Shown one piece after another: positions 27,165 through 41,224 of a stretch of 64,000 nucleotides of DNA. The notes under the pieces are model-generated. The model did no database searches and was not told the DNA's origin. It saw only the letters and a program-made list of their open reading frames with translations. The position numbers were made by a program, and so were the translations under genes. The stretch lies in NCBI GenBank assembly GCA_964016885.1, contig OZ024741.1, forward strand, positions 150,536,001 to 150,600,000. The letters are read 5' to 3'. This stretch comes from Eledone cirrhosa. Lineage: Eukaryota. Within the stretch, counting starts at the first letter, position 1. Every line of letters begins with the position of its first letter.

Positions 27165-27412
27165 ATGACTGGGTACTGAAACAGCTATTAGACCGTTCAA
27201 ATATTGATATGATATATCTCTATTTTGCGACAAGGTTGATCATGGAAGGATATGTCATAAACTACGCAGTTTCGGAAAAATTGGAATACTAGATGGTTTC
27301 ATGACTCCTTAAAGTTAGAATCCAGAATGCAGCCAATGGGGCCCTCTAAAAGGAAACGTCAATAACAAGTGGTGTACTCCAGGGAGCTGTTTTAGAATCA
27401 CTGCAGTTTGTC
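27165..27412 (+). pseudogene. Decayed CR1/L2-type LINE RT fragment
   Basis: Frameshifted IDMIYLxF..DKVDHG..HKL..SGVLQGAVL motifs. Confidence 0.65.
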
Positions 27413-27672
27413 GACTTACACAGTATACACAGCCTTCCTCAGTACCTAAAGTATCCCACCTTTTTAATAAGCTGCTAAAAACAGGAGAGAACTACATGGT
27501 GTAGATGTTTTCAATAAAGATCCCAGAGGAACCCTGAGCACTACACGAAGTTTAAATAAGGCGGCAGCGACAAGCTTCCTCTAATATCAATGGCCAAACA
27601 GGAAAGGTTGGCTATAGAAAGTGTAGCAGCAATTGTGGAGCAAGTCGGCTGAAACAAGTAGAAAAGTAAAAG

Positions 27673-27764
<92 letters not shown>

Positions 27765-28049
27765 CTTTAATATAGAAATGGCTTCTACGGGGCTGGAATT
27801 GTTTCATTCGGGAGAAATGTATTGAGTACCTTACTTACTGTGGTTACTCCCGATTGAGCCCAGGATAAACTTATAAGTTCAGTAATTGATGTTGACTTTA
27901 ATTTTTTATTTCTCTTCGAATTGCTCACACACATGTGCCTCGGGTTTCCCTCTTCGGTTTGTTGTTTCCCGTTTTTATTTCGCTGTTTTTCCTTTTTCTT
28001 CCCTTTTCACTTCTGTTACTATTTTTTCTCTCCCTTTCCTTTATTCCCC

Positions 28050-28107
28050 AATAACTGTTTCTACTTTAGGCACAAGGCGAGCAAATACCCAGTGCATTAC
28101 TGGTACT
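28050..28107 (-). mobile_element. SINE 3' fragment
   Basis: Tail of the 2222 family. Confidence 0.7.
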
Positions 28108-28292
28108 CTTCCTTTAATTATTGACTCACTGGGGTAAGATATATTGTTTTTAATGCGTTGAAATATCTAGGACACCCAGCAGACAAGTGATGAAGGAAAC
28201 ATTTTCTCCTGTTCTTGCTTTCCTCTTATTTATAGGTACACCTTATCCAGCAACTACACAGCCCCTGTTCCTTCTTAATATTAATATATATA

Positions 28293-29968
28293 TATTTGTT
28301 TTCCGTGGTTTTTGATATGAAATCGTGTGTCGAAACAAATATTGTTATACTTGGGGAGGGTCATATTGTTGTAATAATATTGCCAGAATTAATAAGATAA
28401 CACACTCACTGTTTGGTTGGTTTTCGCTTCTGTATCTTTTATATGAGTTAATTCATTCGGTCCTCAATGTTACCATTGACTGACCAACGGTCAAAAATAC
28501 AGATATAATATAGATATAAACACATATATATAGTCTAACAAAGTTCTTTCGTTGCACATCCGCGACATCGTCAGTGGTGCTATTATGTTCCTCCTGTTGT
28601 ATTGTATATCTACGCCATCTTTATTTTATCTGTTTATTTATTTATTTATTTTTGTCTTCTCTGCGCATGCGTTTGCGTGTGTGTATAGTGTTTGGTGTGT
28701 GTTCGCGTTTGGGTGACTGCGTTTTGGTTATTGTATTCTATCTTAATTTACTAGTGTGTGCTTATATGTGTTTGTTGTTATTGTGCTTGTGTATATATTT
28801 ATTTATTTATTTATTTATATTTCTCTTAAGTCAGTTTTGTTTGTTTGGGTGTTGTTGTTATTACATTCATTTTTTCTGTTTAGCTTTGGCCTTCTAAGTT
28901 CTATTTCACTTGCCTCTCTGATTTGCCTATCTGCTGGGTCATTTCTATGTTTAGATATTATTTTAATTTCTATGTTGTCTAAGTTACCGTCATGTTGTTG
29001 TCTGGCGTGTTCGTATAGTACTGAACCGTTTTTTCGACCTTTTAGTCCCACCCCCAGTGTTGGTCTATCCTTTCACCTATCCTACGAGCTGTCTCGCCTC
29101 TGTATGTTGTTGTCATGTTTCTGCAAGTACCCTCTGTACATCTTATGCTATACACTACGTTTCTAGTTTTACAGCTTATCCGGGGGTTTACTATACATAT
29201 AATACATTTCCTATTAGTACAGTTGGTTTTCTTAAAAGGGTATGTTTTGCTGATCAAGGATTTTATGGTAGTTCTTGGCTTTTCTACCACTTTAATCTTT
29301 AAGTGGGTCTTTCTCAGGGCCTTTCTACACTGGTTATCTAATTTCCTGGTATCTCTGGTTGTCGTACCATGAGTTGGCTTTCCCTATCTTATGTTTAGTC
29401 TTATCTAAGCTATTCCATGATTTGCTCCTGTATAATGGGCAAATTCCTTTCATGTCAGTTCTATGAGGGTCTTATACAGAATCAGAGTATACGAAGGGGC
29501 CACGGTTCCTTCGTATACTCTGATTATGTCTCTTTGGTTGTAACCAGAGAACTGTATGCGGTTGATGAAGTGTTGGATGTGTCTTTCTATTTCTGTTGGG
29601 TCGCACATGCGGGACACGTTCTGCATCACTCGTACCAAGTCTGCGATCAGAATATTAAACTTAGCACTACTGGACATTGCTGAGTTTTTGAGTATCAGGT
29701 ATTTGGAGGCCACGGGTTTAGCGTAGTGTGAGTGGAGAATTTGGGCCCTCTCGTCTATAGTGTTAATCCAGAGTTCCGTGTCTAATACAGGTAGTCTGCT
29801 GTTAGGGTGTTTGGAAGGGTAGTCGATAGTTACAGTTATTCTCTGGTGTATGGAATTAGCTATCTGCTGGATGCTTTCCATTGTGCTACATTCTACATCA
29901 TACTTGTTAGTACTCTTTTTTTTGGGTGTCCTTATTACTATATTAATGTCGTCTACGTAACGAGAGTA
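28293..29968 (-). mobile_element. PLE-2, 3' half (thumb, GIY-YIG, pLTR), inverted partner of PLE-3
   Basis: Reverse complement of 30973-32625 with small deletions; truncated just upstream of SRYVDD. Confidence 0.9.
28537..28578 (-). ncRNA. PLE pLTR hammerhead-like motif, CUU
   Basis: acca-CTGACGA-T-GTCGCG..TGCAAC-GAAA-GAA-CTT-tgtt. Confidence 0.6.
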
Positions 29969-32145
29969 GTTAGCCTCAAGCAGCGCACAAGGGATTGTGA
30001 GGTACTATGTCTACCCACAGATAAGTCTGGTAGGATGTCAATAGACAGCATGCCGAACTGCATCAAGGCTATGCAACCCCACATCACCAACACGAGCGAA
30101 ATTACGCAAAAAACACACGAGGGGAGATAGAATATCCTCAACGCTCACATGATGATGTGGACCGACATCCTAAAGCCAAGCAGACGCACTGCCAACAACT
30201 TCGAGGCGTCTAACAATGCCATACCACCCTTGTATGGGCTCCGCAACGACCATAAGACAGTCGACGACCTGACAACAGGACCACCAACAAGACCTCTATG
30301 CGGAGTCAATATCGCTAGCAACTACAGGATCTCCTACTTCCTCTTAATGGTTATACGCCTCATAATCAAGATGTCCCCAGATGTATGTGACAGTACAGAG
30401 GACCTCCTCAGCAGAATCAATGAATGCAACAAAAACAAAAACATATCTAACTGCATAAGAGGCAGTATGGACGTGGTGTCACTATACCCATCCATTAACA
30501 TTGATTTTGCTGTGGAAAAATGTGTGGAGATGATCAATGAGAGTCAGGTGGAGTTCTGTGACGTCGACACAGACGAACTGGGCCTCCTACTTAGACTTAC
30601 CTATGACACTGACTACCTAGACAGCCATGACCTTAGCCGTTTCTGCCCCAGTAGACCCATAAGGGGTAGACCCCCCACCATAACCTCAATGGCAAAAAAG
30701 ACTCCCAAGGGCAGGTGGATTGGGTGGACCAAAGCCATACGGACCCCCCAAAACAATGACCAGGTAAGAAAAATGGTCGCGCATGCAAAAGGGGCTAGTA
30801 TTAAAACTACCCTAAAGGGCCACATATTCAAATTCAACGAGAAGATCTACACCCAAAATGAGGGAGCAGCCATTAGCGTCAGCATAGCTGGTGACGTTGC
30901 CAACCTTTTTATGGTATGGTGGGAAAGGAGACTCAAAGATCTCCTTGATGATAGCTCCATAGACCTCATCATGTACTCTCGTTACGTAGACGACATAAAT
31001 ATAGTAATAAGGACATCCCTACAAGAGAGTACTAACAAGTATCATTTAGAATGTAGCACAATCGAAAGCATCCAGCAGATAGCTAATTACATACACCAGA
31101 GTATAACTGTAACTATCGACTACCCTTCCAAACACCCTAACAGTATTAGACACGGAACTCTGGATTAACACTATAGATGAGAGGGCCCAAATTCTCCACT
31201 AACACTACGCTAAACCCATGGCCTCCAAATACCTGATACTCAAAAAACTCAGCAATGTCCAGTAGTGCTAAGTTTAATATTCTGATCGCAGACTTGGTTC
31301 AAGTGATGCAGAACGTGTCCCGCATGTGCGACCCAACAGAAATGGAATGACACATCCAACACTGCATCAACCGCATGCAGTTCTCTGGCTACAACCAAAG
31401 AGACAGAATCAGAGTATACGAAGGAACCGTGGCCCCTTCGTATACTCTGATTTTGTAAAAGACCCCCATAGAACTGGACATGAAAGGAATTTGCCCATTA
31501 TACAGGAGCAAATCATGGAATAGCTTAGATAGGACTAAACATAAGATAGGGAAAGCTACCTCATTGTACGACAACCAGAGATACCAGACTGTCATATTCG
31601 TTGACGCTACCCCTTGAGGGAAATTAGCTAACCAGTGTAGAAAGGTCCTGAGAAAGACCCACTTAAAGATTAAAGTGGTAGAAAAGCCAAGAACTACCAT
31701 AAAATCCCTGATCAGAAAAACATACCCTTTTAAGAAAACCAATTGTACTAATAGGAAATGTATTATATGTAAAGTAAACCCCCTGATAAACTGTAAAACC
31801 AGAAACGTAGTCTATAGCATGAGATGTACAGAGGGTACTTGCAGAAACATGACAACAACATACATAGGCGAGACAGCTCGTAGCATAGGTGAAAGGATAG
31901 ACCAACACTGGGGGTGGGACTTAAAATGGCGAAAAAACGGTTCAGTACTATACGAACACGCCAGACAACAACATGACGGTAACTTAGACAACATAGAAAT
32001 TAAAATAATATCTAAACATAGAAATGACCCAGCAGATAGGCAAATCAGAGAGGCAAGTAAAGTAGAACTTAGAAGGCCAAAGCTAAACAGAAAAAATGAA
32101 TGGAATAACAACACCCAAACAAACAAAACTGACTTAAGAGAAATA

Positions 32146-32176
<31 letters not shown>

Positions 32177-32625
32177 ATATATACACAAGCACAATAACAA
32201 CAAACACATATAAGCACACACTAGTAAACTAAGATAGAATACAATAACCAAAACACAGTCACCCAAACGCGAACACAAACCAAACACTATACACACACGC
32301 AAACGCATGCGCAGAGAAGACAAAAATAAATAAATAAATAAATAAACAGATAAAATAAAGATGGCGTAGATATACAATACAACAGGAGGAACATAATAAC
32401 ACCACTGATGATGTTGCAGATGTGCAACGAAAGAACTTTGTTAGACTATATATATGTGTTTATATCTATTTTATATCTGTATTTTTGACCGTTGGTCAGT
32501 CAATGGTAACATTGAGGACCGAATAAAAGATACAGAAGCGAAAACCAACCAAACAGTGAGTGTGTTATGTTATATTATTTCTGGCAATAATATTACAACA
32601 ATATGACCCTCTCCAAGTATAACAT
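29969..32625 (+). mobile_element. PLE-3, 5'-truncated Penelope-like element with disrupted ORF 29969-32148
   Basis: PTDKSG, SMDVVSLYPSI, RYVDD, VVY..YIGET; stops and frameshifts; ends in TA tract. Confidence 0.92.
32401..32442 (+). ncRNA. PLE pLTR hammerhead-like motif, CUU
   Basis: acca-CTGATGA-T-GTTGCA-gatg-TGCAAC-GAAA-GAA-CTT-tgtt; weak stem I. Confidence 0.65.
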
Positions 32626-32690
32626 TATATATATATATATATATAGAGAGAGAGAAGGATTTAAATGGATACAGTTTAGTTAAAAGGAAT

Positions 32691-32812
32691 TTATTGACAC
32701 GTGTTTCAATAACAGTTACATAACCTGAAAAACAGCTGCTATCTACAAAGTATTAGTTATGCAGACATTCAATATTTCAATGTTATTATCAACTGTCATT
32801 TCATCAGAATAA
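32691..32812 (-). ncRNA. Type I hammerhead with long stem II insertion, GUC
   Basis: ttatt-CTGATGA-AATGACAGTT..73nt..AACTGTTATT-GAAAC-ACGT-GTC-aataa. Confidence 0.8.
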
Positions 32813-32860
32813 TTTTACAGAATTATATTACAGAATTATATTACAACACTAAGGAAAATA

Positions 32861-32928
<68 letters not shown>

Positions 32929-33335
32929 TGAAAGGTGACAAAATATCCCCAGACGAGCAGATAGATGTTTTTATGTTTTTATGGGTATAGAGAACAGAGA
33001 AATAATGAATATATTAACATAACCTATATTAGTATTGACAGGACATTACTTAGTATATTTTATAGTATTTCTTTTTATATATCATAAGAAACGGCACGTA
33101 TTCTGTTTTGACGTACCAATTCATACACACACACACACCCACACAGACACACACGCACGCACATACACATACACACACATATATATACATATATATATAA
33201 AAGTAATACGCTGAAATATGAAACATGAAAAACTCTTATGATACAAGAGAACATGTAATAAGTGAATCTTTCTATCTACCTATCTATTTATCTACGTATG
33301 AGTATGTACAGTATGTATATGTGCTTGTATATATG

Positions 33336-33378
<43 letters not shown>

Positions 33379-33481
33379 TTATTTAGTTATGTAATAAACA
33401 ATAATATATATATATTTATTTAGTTATGTAATAAACAATAATATATATATATTTATTTAGTTATGTAATAAACAATAATTA

Positions 33482-33541
33482 TTTCATTTACCAGTGGTTT
33501 CTTGAAAGCAACCAGAATTGCTTTCATTCATCAGAATGAAA
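33482..33541 (-). ncRNA. Type I hammerhead, GUA, A.A at 10.1-11.1
   Basis: tttcatt-CTGATGA-A-TGAAAGCAAT-tctg-GTTGCTTTCA-A-GAAAC-CACTG-GTA-aatgaaa. Confidence 0.85.
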
Positions 33542-33808
33542 AAATCCTGGTGTCTTTATTGACAGTGGATTTGAAAAACAAAAATATAACAGATATGAAA
33601 GTGAGTGTGGAAGAAAAAAAGGGGAGGGGAAAAAAGAAGAATAAATAAGAATATATAACAACACACACGCATACACGCACGCACACTGACATATACACAC
33701 ATATATATATATACACACATATATACACGCATATATACACATATATATACACAGACACATATACACACACATACATATATATATATATATCGCTACATAA
33801 ACACACCA

Positions 33809-33858
<50 letters not shown>

Positions 33859-33889
33859 GTATATATATATATACATGCACACGCATACG

Positions 33890-33941
<52 letters not shown>

Positions 33942-33943
33942 TA

Positions 33944-33981
<38 letters not shown>

Positions 33982-34307
33982 TATACACATACACACATAC
34001 ATACATACACACACATATATATATACAAACATGCATACGTACTCACATATAAAAGGATACATATGCACACACACAAATAAGAATAAATAATCATAGTAGG
34101 CCGCCACATACAAATAAGCAAATAAAAAATAAGGATTAAGAAAATAAAAAAAATAAAAAATATTATTAAGTTGACAGCGATACAAGACGGCAAAATTTAA
34201 AATAAAAAAAATAATAAAAATAAAAAATAATAATAATAATAAATGACCACACGCACGTGGTAAGCAAATGTACAAAAAAACCCTAAATATATATATATAT
34301 ATATAAA

Positions 34308-34582
34308 ATATACGATATTAACAAATGGAAACTATATTTATAAAACCATATTTATTTCATTATACATATTTCAAGGATACCAAGTTAAATTATGGTATGA
34401 AGGCATACCATAATTTAACTTGGTATCCTTGAAATATGTATAATGAAATAAATATGGTTTTATAAATATAGTTTCCATTTGTTAATATCGTATATCTACT
34501 CTAAATACTTGTCGAGTGCTTTATATCAGTTATAAAAATATTTGCTTGTTGTATCCCAACAATTTAAATAGAACTTTTGCAT
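34308..34582. mobile_element. Family D fold-back copy truncated inside the HHR core
   Basis: 34308-34398 inverted vs 34405-34495; homologous to 17110-17290. Confidence 0.75.
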
Positions 34583-35135
34583 ATATAAAAAAATATATAT
34601 ATATATACACACATATATATATATATATATATGTGTACATACACACACACACATATATATATACATATACACACATACATATACACACACACATACGCAT
34701 ACATATAAATATACAAGGACACCCCATACATATAAACACAGAACAGACACAAAAGAGTATAAACATACAAATACATATACACGCACACATAGATGCATAC
34801 AACCACATACACACATATAGTATACACATTTCTTAAAGATAAAAACAAATATAAAAACTATAAAGTTACATACTTTCCTTATGAAAATTAACGGCTGAGC
34901 AGCCTAATTTGCATATCGAGTGAGCTAAGTCGGTCAGGCATACCGAAAACGATAAGTTGAAATAAAATGAAAACGAAATTTCATTTCACACTCTTAGTAC
35001 GGCACTTACTTAAATGTAAGTATGTGTGTATACGTAAATACTCAGCCGTTGTGTGTATACGTACATGCTCAGCCGTTAATTTTCATAAGGAAAGTATATA
35101 CTTTCGAACGTTCAACTATCTGGCAGATGGGTATA

Positions 35136-35176
35136 CGGTGCTGATGATAGCTAACAAGCTTGAAACTAGTACATCG
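35136..35176 (+). ncRNA. Minimal hammerhead, GUA
   Basis: cggtg-CTGATGA-T-AGCT-aaca-AGCT-T-GAAAC-TA-GTA-catcg. Confidence 0.85.
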
Positions 35177-35600
35177 TTCCTGTGTCAGTGTTGAACAAAA
35201 AGGTGACGTGGTTGCCTTAACACCGTACGGCATAAAAATTCAGGCTGTTCAGTTTGTTTACAAACGAACAAAGCGGCGTTATAATAAGCGTCCGCTAAAC
35301 TGATACGTGCATATATGTATGTGTACCTGTATGTATATATGTGTATATATATGTATATATATGTGCATGCTACTGTACGTCTGTATACATATATGTATGT
35401 ACGTATACACACATACTTACATTTAAGTGCCGTACTAAGAGTGAGAAATGAAATTTCGTTTTCATTTTATTTCAACTTATCGTTTTCGGTATGCCTGACC
35501 GACTTAGCTCACTCGATATGCAAATTAGGCTGCTCAGCCGTTAATTTTTATAAGGAAAGTATATACTTTCGAACGTTCAACTATCTGGCAGATGGGTATA

Positions 35601-35641
35601 CGGTGCTGATGATAGCTAACAAGCTTGAAACTAGTACATCG
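35601..35641 (+). ncRNA. Minimal hammerhead, GUA, second copy
   Basis: Identical to 35136-35176. Confidence 0.85.
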
Positions 35642-35884
35642 TTCCTGTGTCAGTGTTGAACAAAAAAAAAAAAAAAAAAAAAAAAAGGTGACGTACGGCA
35701 TAAAAAAAAAAAAAAATTCAGGCTGTTCAGTTTGTTTACAAACGAACAAAGCGGCGTTATAATAAGCGTCCGCTAAACTGATACGTGCATATATGTATGT
35801 GTACCTGTATGTATATATGTGTATATATATGTATATATATGTGCATGCTACTGTACGTCTGTATACATATATGTATGTACGTAT

Positions 35885-35966
<82 letters not shown>

Positions 35967-36010
35967 CAAATTTATACGGGAAGAAAACAGAGAGGCAGAC
36001 AAATAAATAT

Positions 36011-36127
<117 letters not shown>

Positions 36128-36264
36128 GTTAAACAAGGTTCAATGAATACATCAAAGAATGAGTTTTACAATAGATTGGAAGCACTCAACTGAAAAAAAG
36201 GTTTTCCAGAGTTATTAATATTAATTCAAAATATTAACAAAATAGATATTATTGTGATCAATTA

Positions 36265-36325
36265 TATTTTATGATACATATTTCAGAGGTACTGAGTTAA
36301 CTTTAACAGTACGTCCTCATCAGAT
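36265..36325 (-). ncRNA. Family D-related hammerhead, AUC, stem I 5' strand truncated
   Basis: CTGATGA-GGAC-GTACTG..CAGTAC-CTCT-GAAA-TATGTA-TC-ataaaata; inverted partner of 36615. Confidence 0.65.
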
Positions 36326-36614
36326 TTGTTTTTTCGAGCCACCTATTAAATATATTACCACATCGGCTGTTTCTTCCTCTATGCTTTCCTTTCCCTCCTC
36401 TTTCTTCAGTAGTTAAAAAAAATGTTTTTCTTTAACTGATATATTGATGCCATGTATTTTTTAAGCTGTATTACACGCACCCTCTCTATTGTTTGTATCA
36501 TGATATCTCATGTTCTCAATATTAGGGTATAAATATTGAGTTTTGTCATAAGTTAATCACTACCATGACTGAATCTTAACCATCTACTATGTCAGGGTAT
36601 GTCATGCATCATCC

Positions 36615-36681
36615 TATTTTATCTGATGAGGACGTACTGTTAAATTTAACTCACTACCTCTGAAATATGTATAATAAAATA
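36615..36681 (+). ncRNA. Family D-related hammerhead, AUA
   Basis: tattttat-CTGATGA-GGACGTA..TACCTCT-GAAA-TATGTA-TA-ataaaata. Confidence 0.75.
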
Positions 36682-36822
36682 TAATTGATCACAAGAATAT
36701 CTATTTTGTTAATATTTTGAAATAATATACATATATATATATATATTGATACATATATACAAGCACATATACATACTGTACATACGTATATAAATAGATA
36801 GATAGAAAGATTCACTTATTAC

Positions 36823-36903
<81 letters not shown>

Positions 36904-37749
36904 TATTTTGTCGATCGACTTTCGTTAAATCGGACCGAGGAAACAATGTTTCCGTTGGTCTTTCCAATTGCTAATACTATCTATCGGTCGCAACTACAGG
37001 TATATATACATATTGCCTCATGTAGGAACGTATTCTATTCAGTAAAACAACTACTTATGAAATTAGATATTTGGAAAAATACGCAAAGTAAAAGTAAAGA
37101 CAAAAAAATAACACATTACAAAGAAAGAAACAAAGCAATATACGTGTTATGTATTCATTCCTAAATGATTTGCACAGCTGCATCCAACTAAAATGTATCT
37201 GTATTATTTATTTAACAGGTAAGAAATATATCTAACACAGAGATTAACGGATAAATCTGAGGTATTCTTTTTCTTGTGGTTAAACTTAAAAAAATGTACT
37301 TGGGTTGTCATCTTAGTTTCCTTAAAATGACAATTGCAGTCTACGAGTATTTTAGTCTAAGTAATTTTATGGTCACACAGACACACATACACACTCCCAC
37401 ACGAATGTAATGGTGCTCTGTCGGTTTCGACGATGAATTTTCAAGTTCGATCAAAATTGAATTTCCTACAGAGACGTGTGCGCTTAACGTAATTCTCGGG
37501 TAGATTCAGCAGGATATACTGCATGACATGGCTGACCTTTGATTTACATGCAACGTCCATCCGGCGGGCTTCTAGCCCGTTTCAGTCTACCGGATTTAAC
37601 TTACAAGGCAAGGCATGGGTTGACCCGCGTCTATGGTAAATGGCATTTCCCCAAGATACCAGGCAGTAGGACGGAACCCGAGACCTAATGATTATGAAGA
37701 GAAGAAAACGAGGAAGAAGAATTAATATGAAGTATAAGAAGCAGTATTA

Positions 37750-37972
37750 AAAGAAGAAGACGAAGAAGAAGAAGAAGAAGAAGAAGAAGAAGAAGAAGAA
37801 GAAGAAGAAGAAGAAGAAGAAGAAGAAGAAGAAGAAGAAGAAGAAGAAGAAGAAGAAGAAGAAGAAGAAGAAGAAGAAGGAAAAGAAGAAGAAAAGAAAA
37901 GAAGGAGGAGGAGAAGGAGGAGGAGAATAAGAAGCAGAAGAAGAAGAAGAAGAAGAAGAAGAAGAAGAAGAA
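37750..37972. repeat. (GAA)n microsatellite
   Basis: Direct reading. Confidence 0.95.
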
Positions 37973-38801
37973 GGTTTGTAAGTGAGGGAAACTAAGTTAA
38001 AAGGATAAATTTATTACTTTTAGTTCAGAGTGAATGATACTTAATTATTTACCCGCCAAAGCCTGCAGCAGTTGATCAAACATTTGAATAATTCGGAAAA
38101 TTTCTGATTCAGCTTCTTTTCCTCCCAGTTTCTACCATTCCAGACATATTGTGTGTCTGAGTGGCCGAAAGGTGAGCTGGTCAGCAACACATGTCTTTCA
38201 TATTAGTACCTCGACAATCGTGAGAGTTTGAATATCTTCGAACCAACCTAACGTAAATATAAGCTATACGTTGAATAGCTATTTGGTCAAACTTCTTGAA
38301 CATAAAGGTTAATGAAAACGTGTGGCTTATTGATTAGGGTGCTGGACACACTATCATATGTATAGTGGATTCGATTGCTGGAGCGAGTAGTGCGTTGTGT
38401 TCTTGAGTAAGACACTTCATTTACTGTTTCGCCAGTTCACCCGGCTGGAATAAAATGATTAGCAGCAGCAGGTAGGGAGTAAACCATGCAACGGATGGGT
38501 GTTCAGGTTTTAGTGAGAGGATTGCGACCCCTATCATTAAACACCCATGAAAACTCATATGGAATTCAACGACATAGGAGGCCAACTAAGCCTACATAAG
38601 CGTTGTTTTAGCTTATTAAATTATCTACCCGTTAATAGATTATTAAAGGGTAGATATATTTCATATATATTTAATTAAATATTTAGTTATTCAATAAACT
38701 CTAAATATATTTAGATGATCCAGTTTCAGTGTACTGTCCATCTTCAGTACAGACGTGAGGGTTTATTGCATTAAGAACAGGAATTATGAGGTTTTGCGTT
38801 A

Positions 38802-38907
<106 letters not shown>

Positions 38908-39194
38908 TACACACACACACACAGACACACACACACACACACAGACACACACACAGACACAGCAATAGACATCCCGGTCACAGTTCTTGTTTTGCTATGT
39001 TCATAAACGAACAACATGGTCTTTGACAGTGAACTAGACGGAAAGTGGAACAAAGAACAAAGTGTATTTTCAGCTTGCATTAGAATTGCATATGTATGGA
39101 CTGAAAACTTTTGATGGAGTTATAGGAGCCCGTACCTCTCCAGGTCTTCCAGAAGCGACAGAGTGATAGAGAGGACGTGAGAAAGAGATATAGA

Positions 39195-39345
39195 GGAAGA
39201 ATTAACTCCAGTAATGGACTGGTACATTTTTGATCGACTCCTAAAGGATGAAAGACAAAGTTGACTTCAGAGAGTGCAGAGAACAGTGGCGCATACTCGA
39301 AGAATTCTATTCCACATTCTAACAACTTTGCTAATTCACCGCCCC
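39195..39345 (-). mobile_element. Degenerate SINE copy
   Basis: CTGGTAC..ATCGAC..AAGGATGAAAGACAAAGTTGAC and TTGCTAATTCACCGCCC. Confidence 0.6.
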
Positions 39346-40827
39346 TACTTTAGAAATATAGACTGAAATACAGAGAAATAGTTGGAATCAGCCTCCAGAA
39401 TGTAGAAAAACGTTGCTTCTAACATATGTATTTGAAAGAAATCGCCATAGCCATTGGTAAACTGTTGATGGAGAGAAAGATGCAGAGAAGGAAGATGGGG
39501 GCGAAATAAATAAAAATAAAACAATATGAGGAGAATTTAAGAAAATGTGTACGAGTGCGTGAGGGTAAAATTGAGTGGTTTAGTTGGGGGAGGAAAAATG
39601 AGAGGGAGAAAGAGATATGGAGACGAAAGAGAGGAAGAGAGATAGGGAGAATTTGAGGAAGGAAGAGTGAGTGAGATAAGAGGAGGAGAGAGAAAGTCAG
39701 AGATAGAAAGTGATTACGACAAGGAAGGAAGAAAAAGAAAGTGAGAATTAGAGAAAGCGAGATTGAGACAAGAGAGCAGGAGCGACAAAGTGAGAGTGAG
39801 TGTAAGAGTGATTCAAACGGGGGGGGGGGGGAGAAAAAGTGAGAGTTAGACAAAGACGTCTGTTAGTGAACATTTCAAGAAAGCAGACGACACTAAGCGG
39901 AGAAGAGTAATAGGTGGAGGAAGTGAAGCAGAATAATAAGGGTGTGAGTGAGTGTGGGGGTGGGAGGCAGGAGAGTTACTAATGATGTTCTTTGTCAACT
40001 TCGCTATGTATTATACATATATATGAAGTTAGGCAATAGTTTCGATCGAAAGCACTGGAGACTTGGCACTAACAGAAAAAAATGTGCATGTGTGTGTGTG
40101 TGTGCGTGCGTGTGTGTAGATATAATGTGTGTGCAGGCGAGATATATGTAATTGTGTTTGTCAATACGTATTTGATTGCGTATACACATATGCCCAAACT
40201 ATATTACGCCCACATTCACACACATACATATATATCCACAAACACGCACATAAATATGTATATACATATACACACATATGTATGTATATGTATATACATA
40301 TTTATGTATATACACACATATGTATGTATATATATATATGCATATATATATGGGTGTGGGTGTGTGTGAGTGTGTGTGGGTGTGTGTGTGTACATACATA
40401 TGGATACACACATATACACAGCTTAACAATAGCAGTATTTTAAAATACAATATATATAAATCCAAAATATGAATCGAAAAAAACACCAGCAATTGTTTAT
40501 TTTCGCGTCTATGTTACATACTGATGCACACCGATGCAGTTGTACGAGCGTGAGTTATATGTCATACATAGAAACAAAGTTTTGCCAAGTCTTATCTACC
40601 CTTCCCACTTCTATTTTATTTCTTCTACCCCACTTCCTCCTTCAACTCTCCTTCTTATCGTCTGCTTTTTCTTCCACGTCATTATATTTATCCACACTCT
40701 TTCTTTTCTTCCTTCAAATGTCTCATGCTTCCTCTATTTTTAACTATCTAACCCACATCTATTCTCTATATATGTCAGAGCATCACTCCCTTTTAGTTTA
40801 TTTCGTATTAGAAACCAAAAGAAGTAA

Positions 40828-40875
40828 GCCTCTCTGTCGACGGTTAAGGAACCAGAAACAGCACTGTTAAGATGC
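40828..40875 (+). ncRNA. Degenerate hammerhead motif
   Basis: CTGTCGA-C-GGTT-aagg-AACC-A-GAAAC-AGCACT-GTT; A6U core change. Confidence 0.45.
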
Positions 40876-41050
40876 TCTCCCTTTGTTGCTAAGAATAGCA
40901 GTGGCTATGGCCGGGGCTTTTGAATATTCATAGAGAGGCTACAAGATGTTTATTTAATGAATATTTTGGATATGATTCCATATACAACCCCAGGCGCACA
41001 CGTACCCCCATTCACCCCCACACGCACCATGTACTTTCTCTCTTTCTTTC

Positions 41051-41112
<62 letters not shown>

Positions 41113-41224
41113 GCTGTAGTACTCGATGTACCTCGGGAGACACTTCGTGAACAATTTCTTGTAAAATAGTAATTCCAACCTTATATTATTTGAACCACGT
41201 TTATAGTTAAAGTATATATATATA

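Larger units (their letters stand above)
34868..35890 (+). mobile_element. Retrozyme-like subfamily B, 465 bp period, about 1.8 units with 5' inverted segment
   Basis: CTGATGA at 35141 and 35606; 34868-35035 inverted; homologous to the 9497 array. Confidence 0.88.

Noticed and set aside
31615-31617. In-frame TGA in PLE-3 as selenocysteine (Naiad-like)
   Set aside because: Aligns to Arg in PLE-1, the copy has other lesions, and the EN is C-terminal, unlike Naiads
35661-35716. Poly(A) runs in the second subfamily B unit as retro-tails
   Set aside because: They expand existing short A runs; slippage or sequencing error is more likely
38715-38755. Minus-strand CTGAAGA..GAAAC
   Set aside because: Stems I and III do not pair
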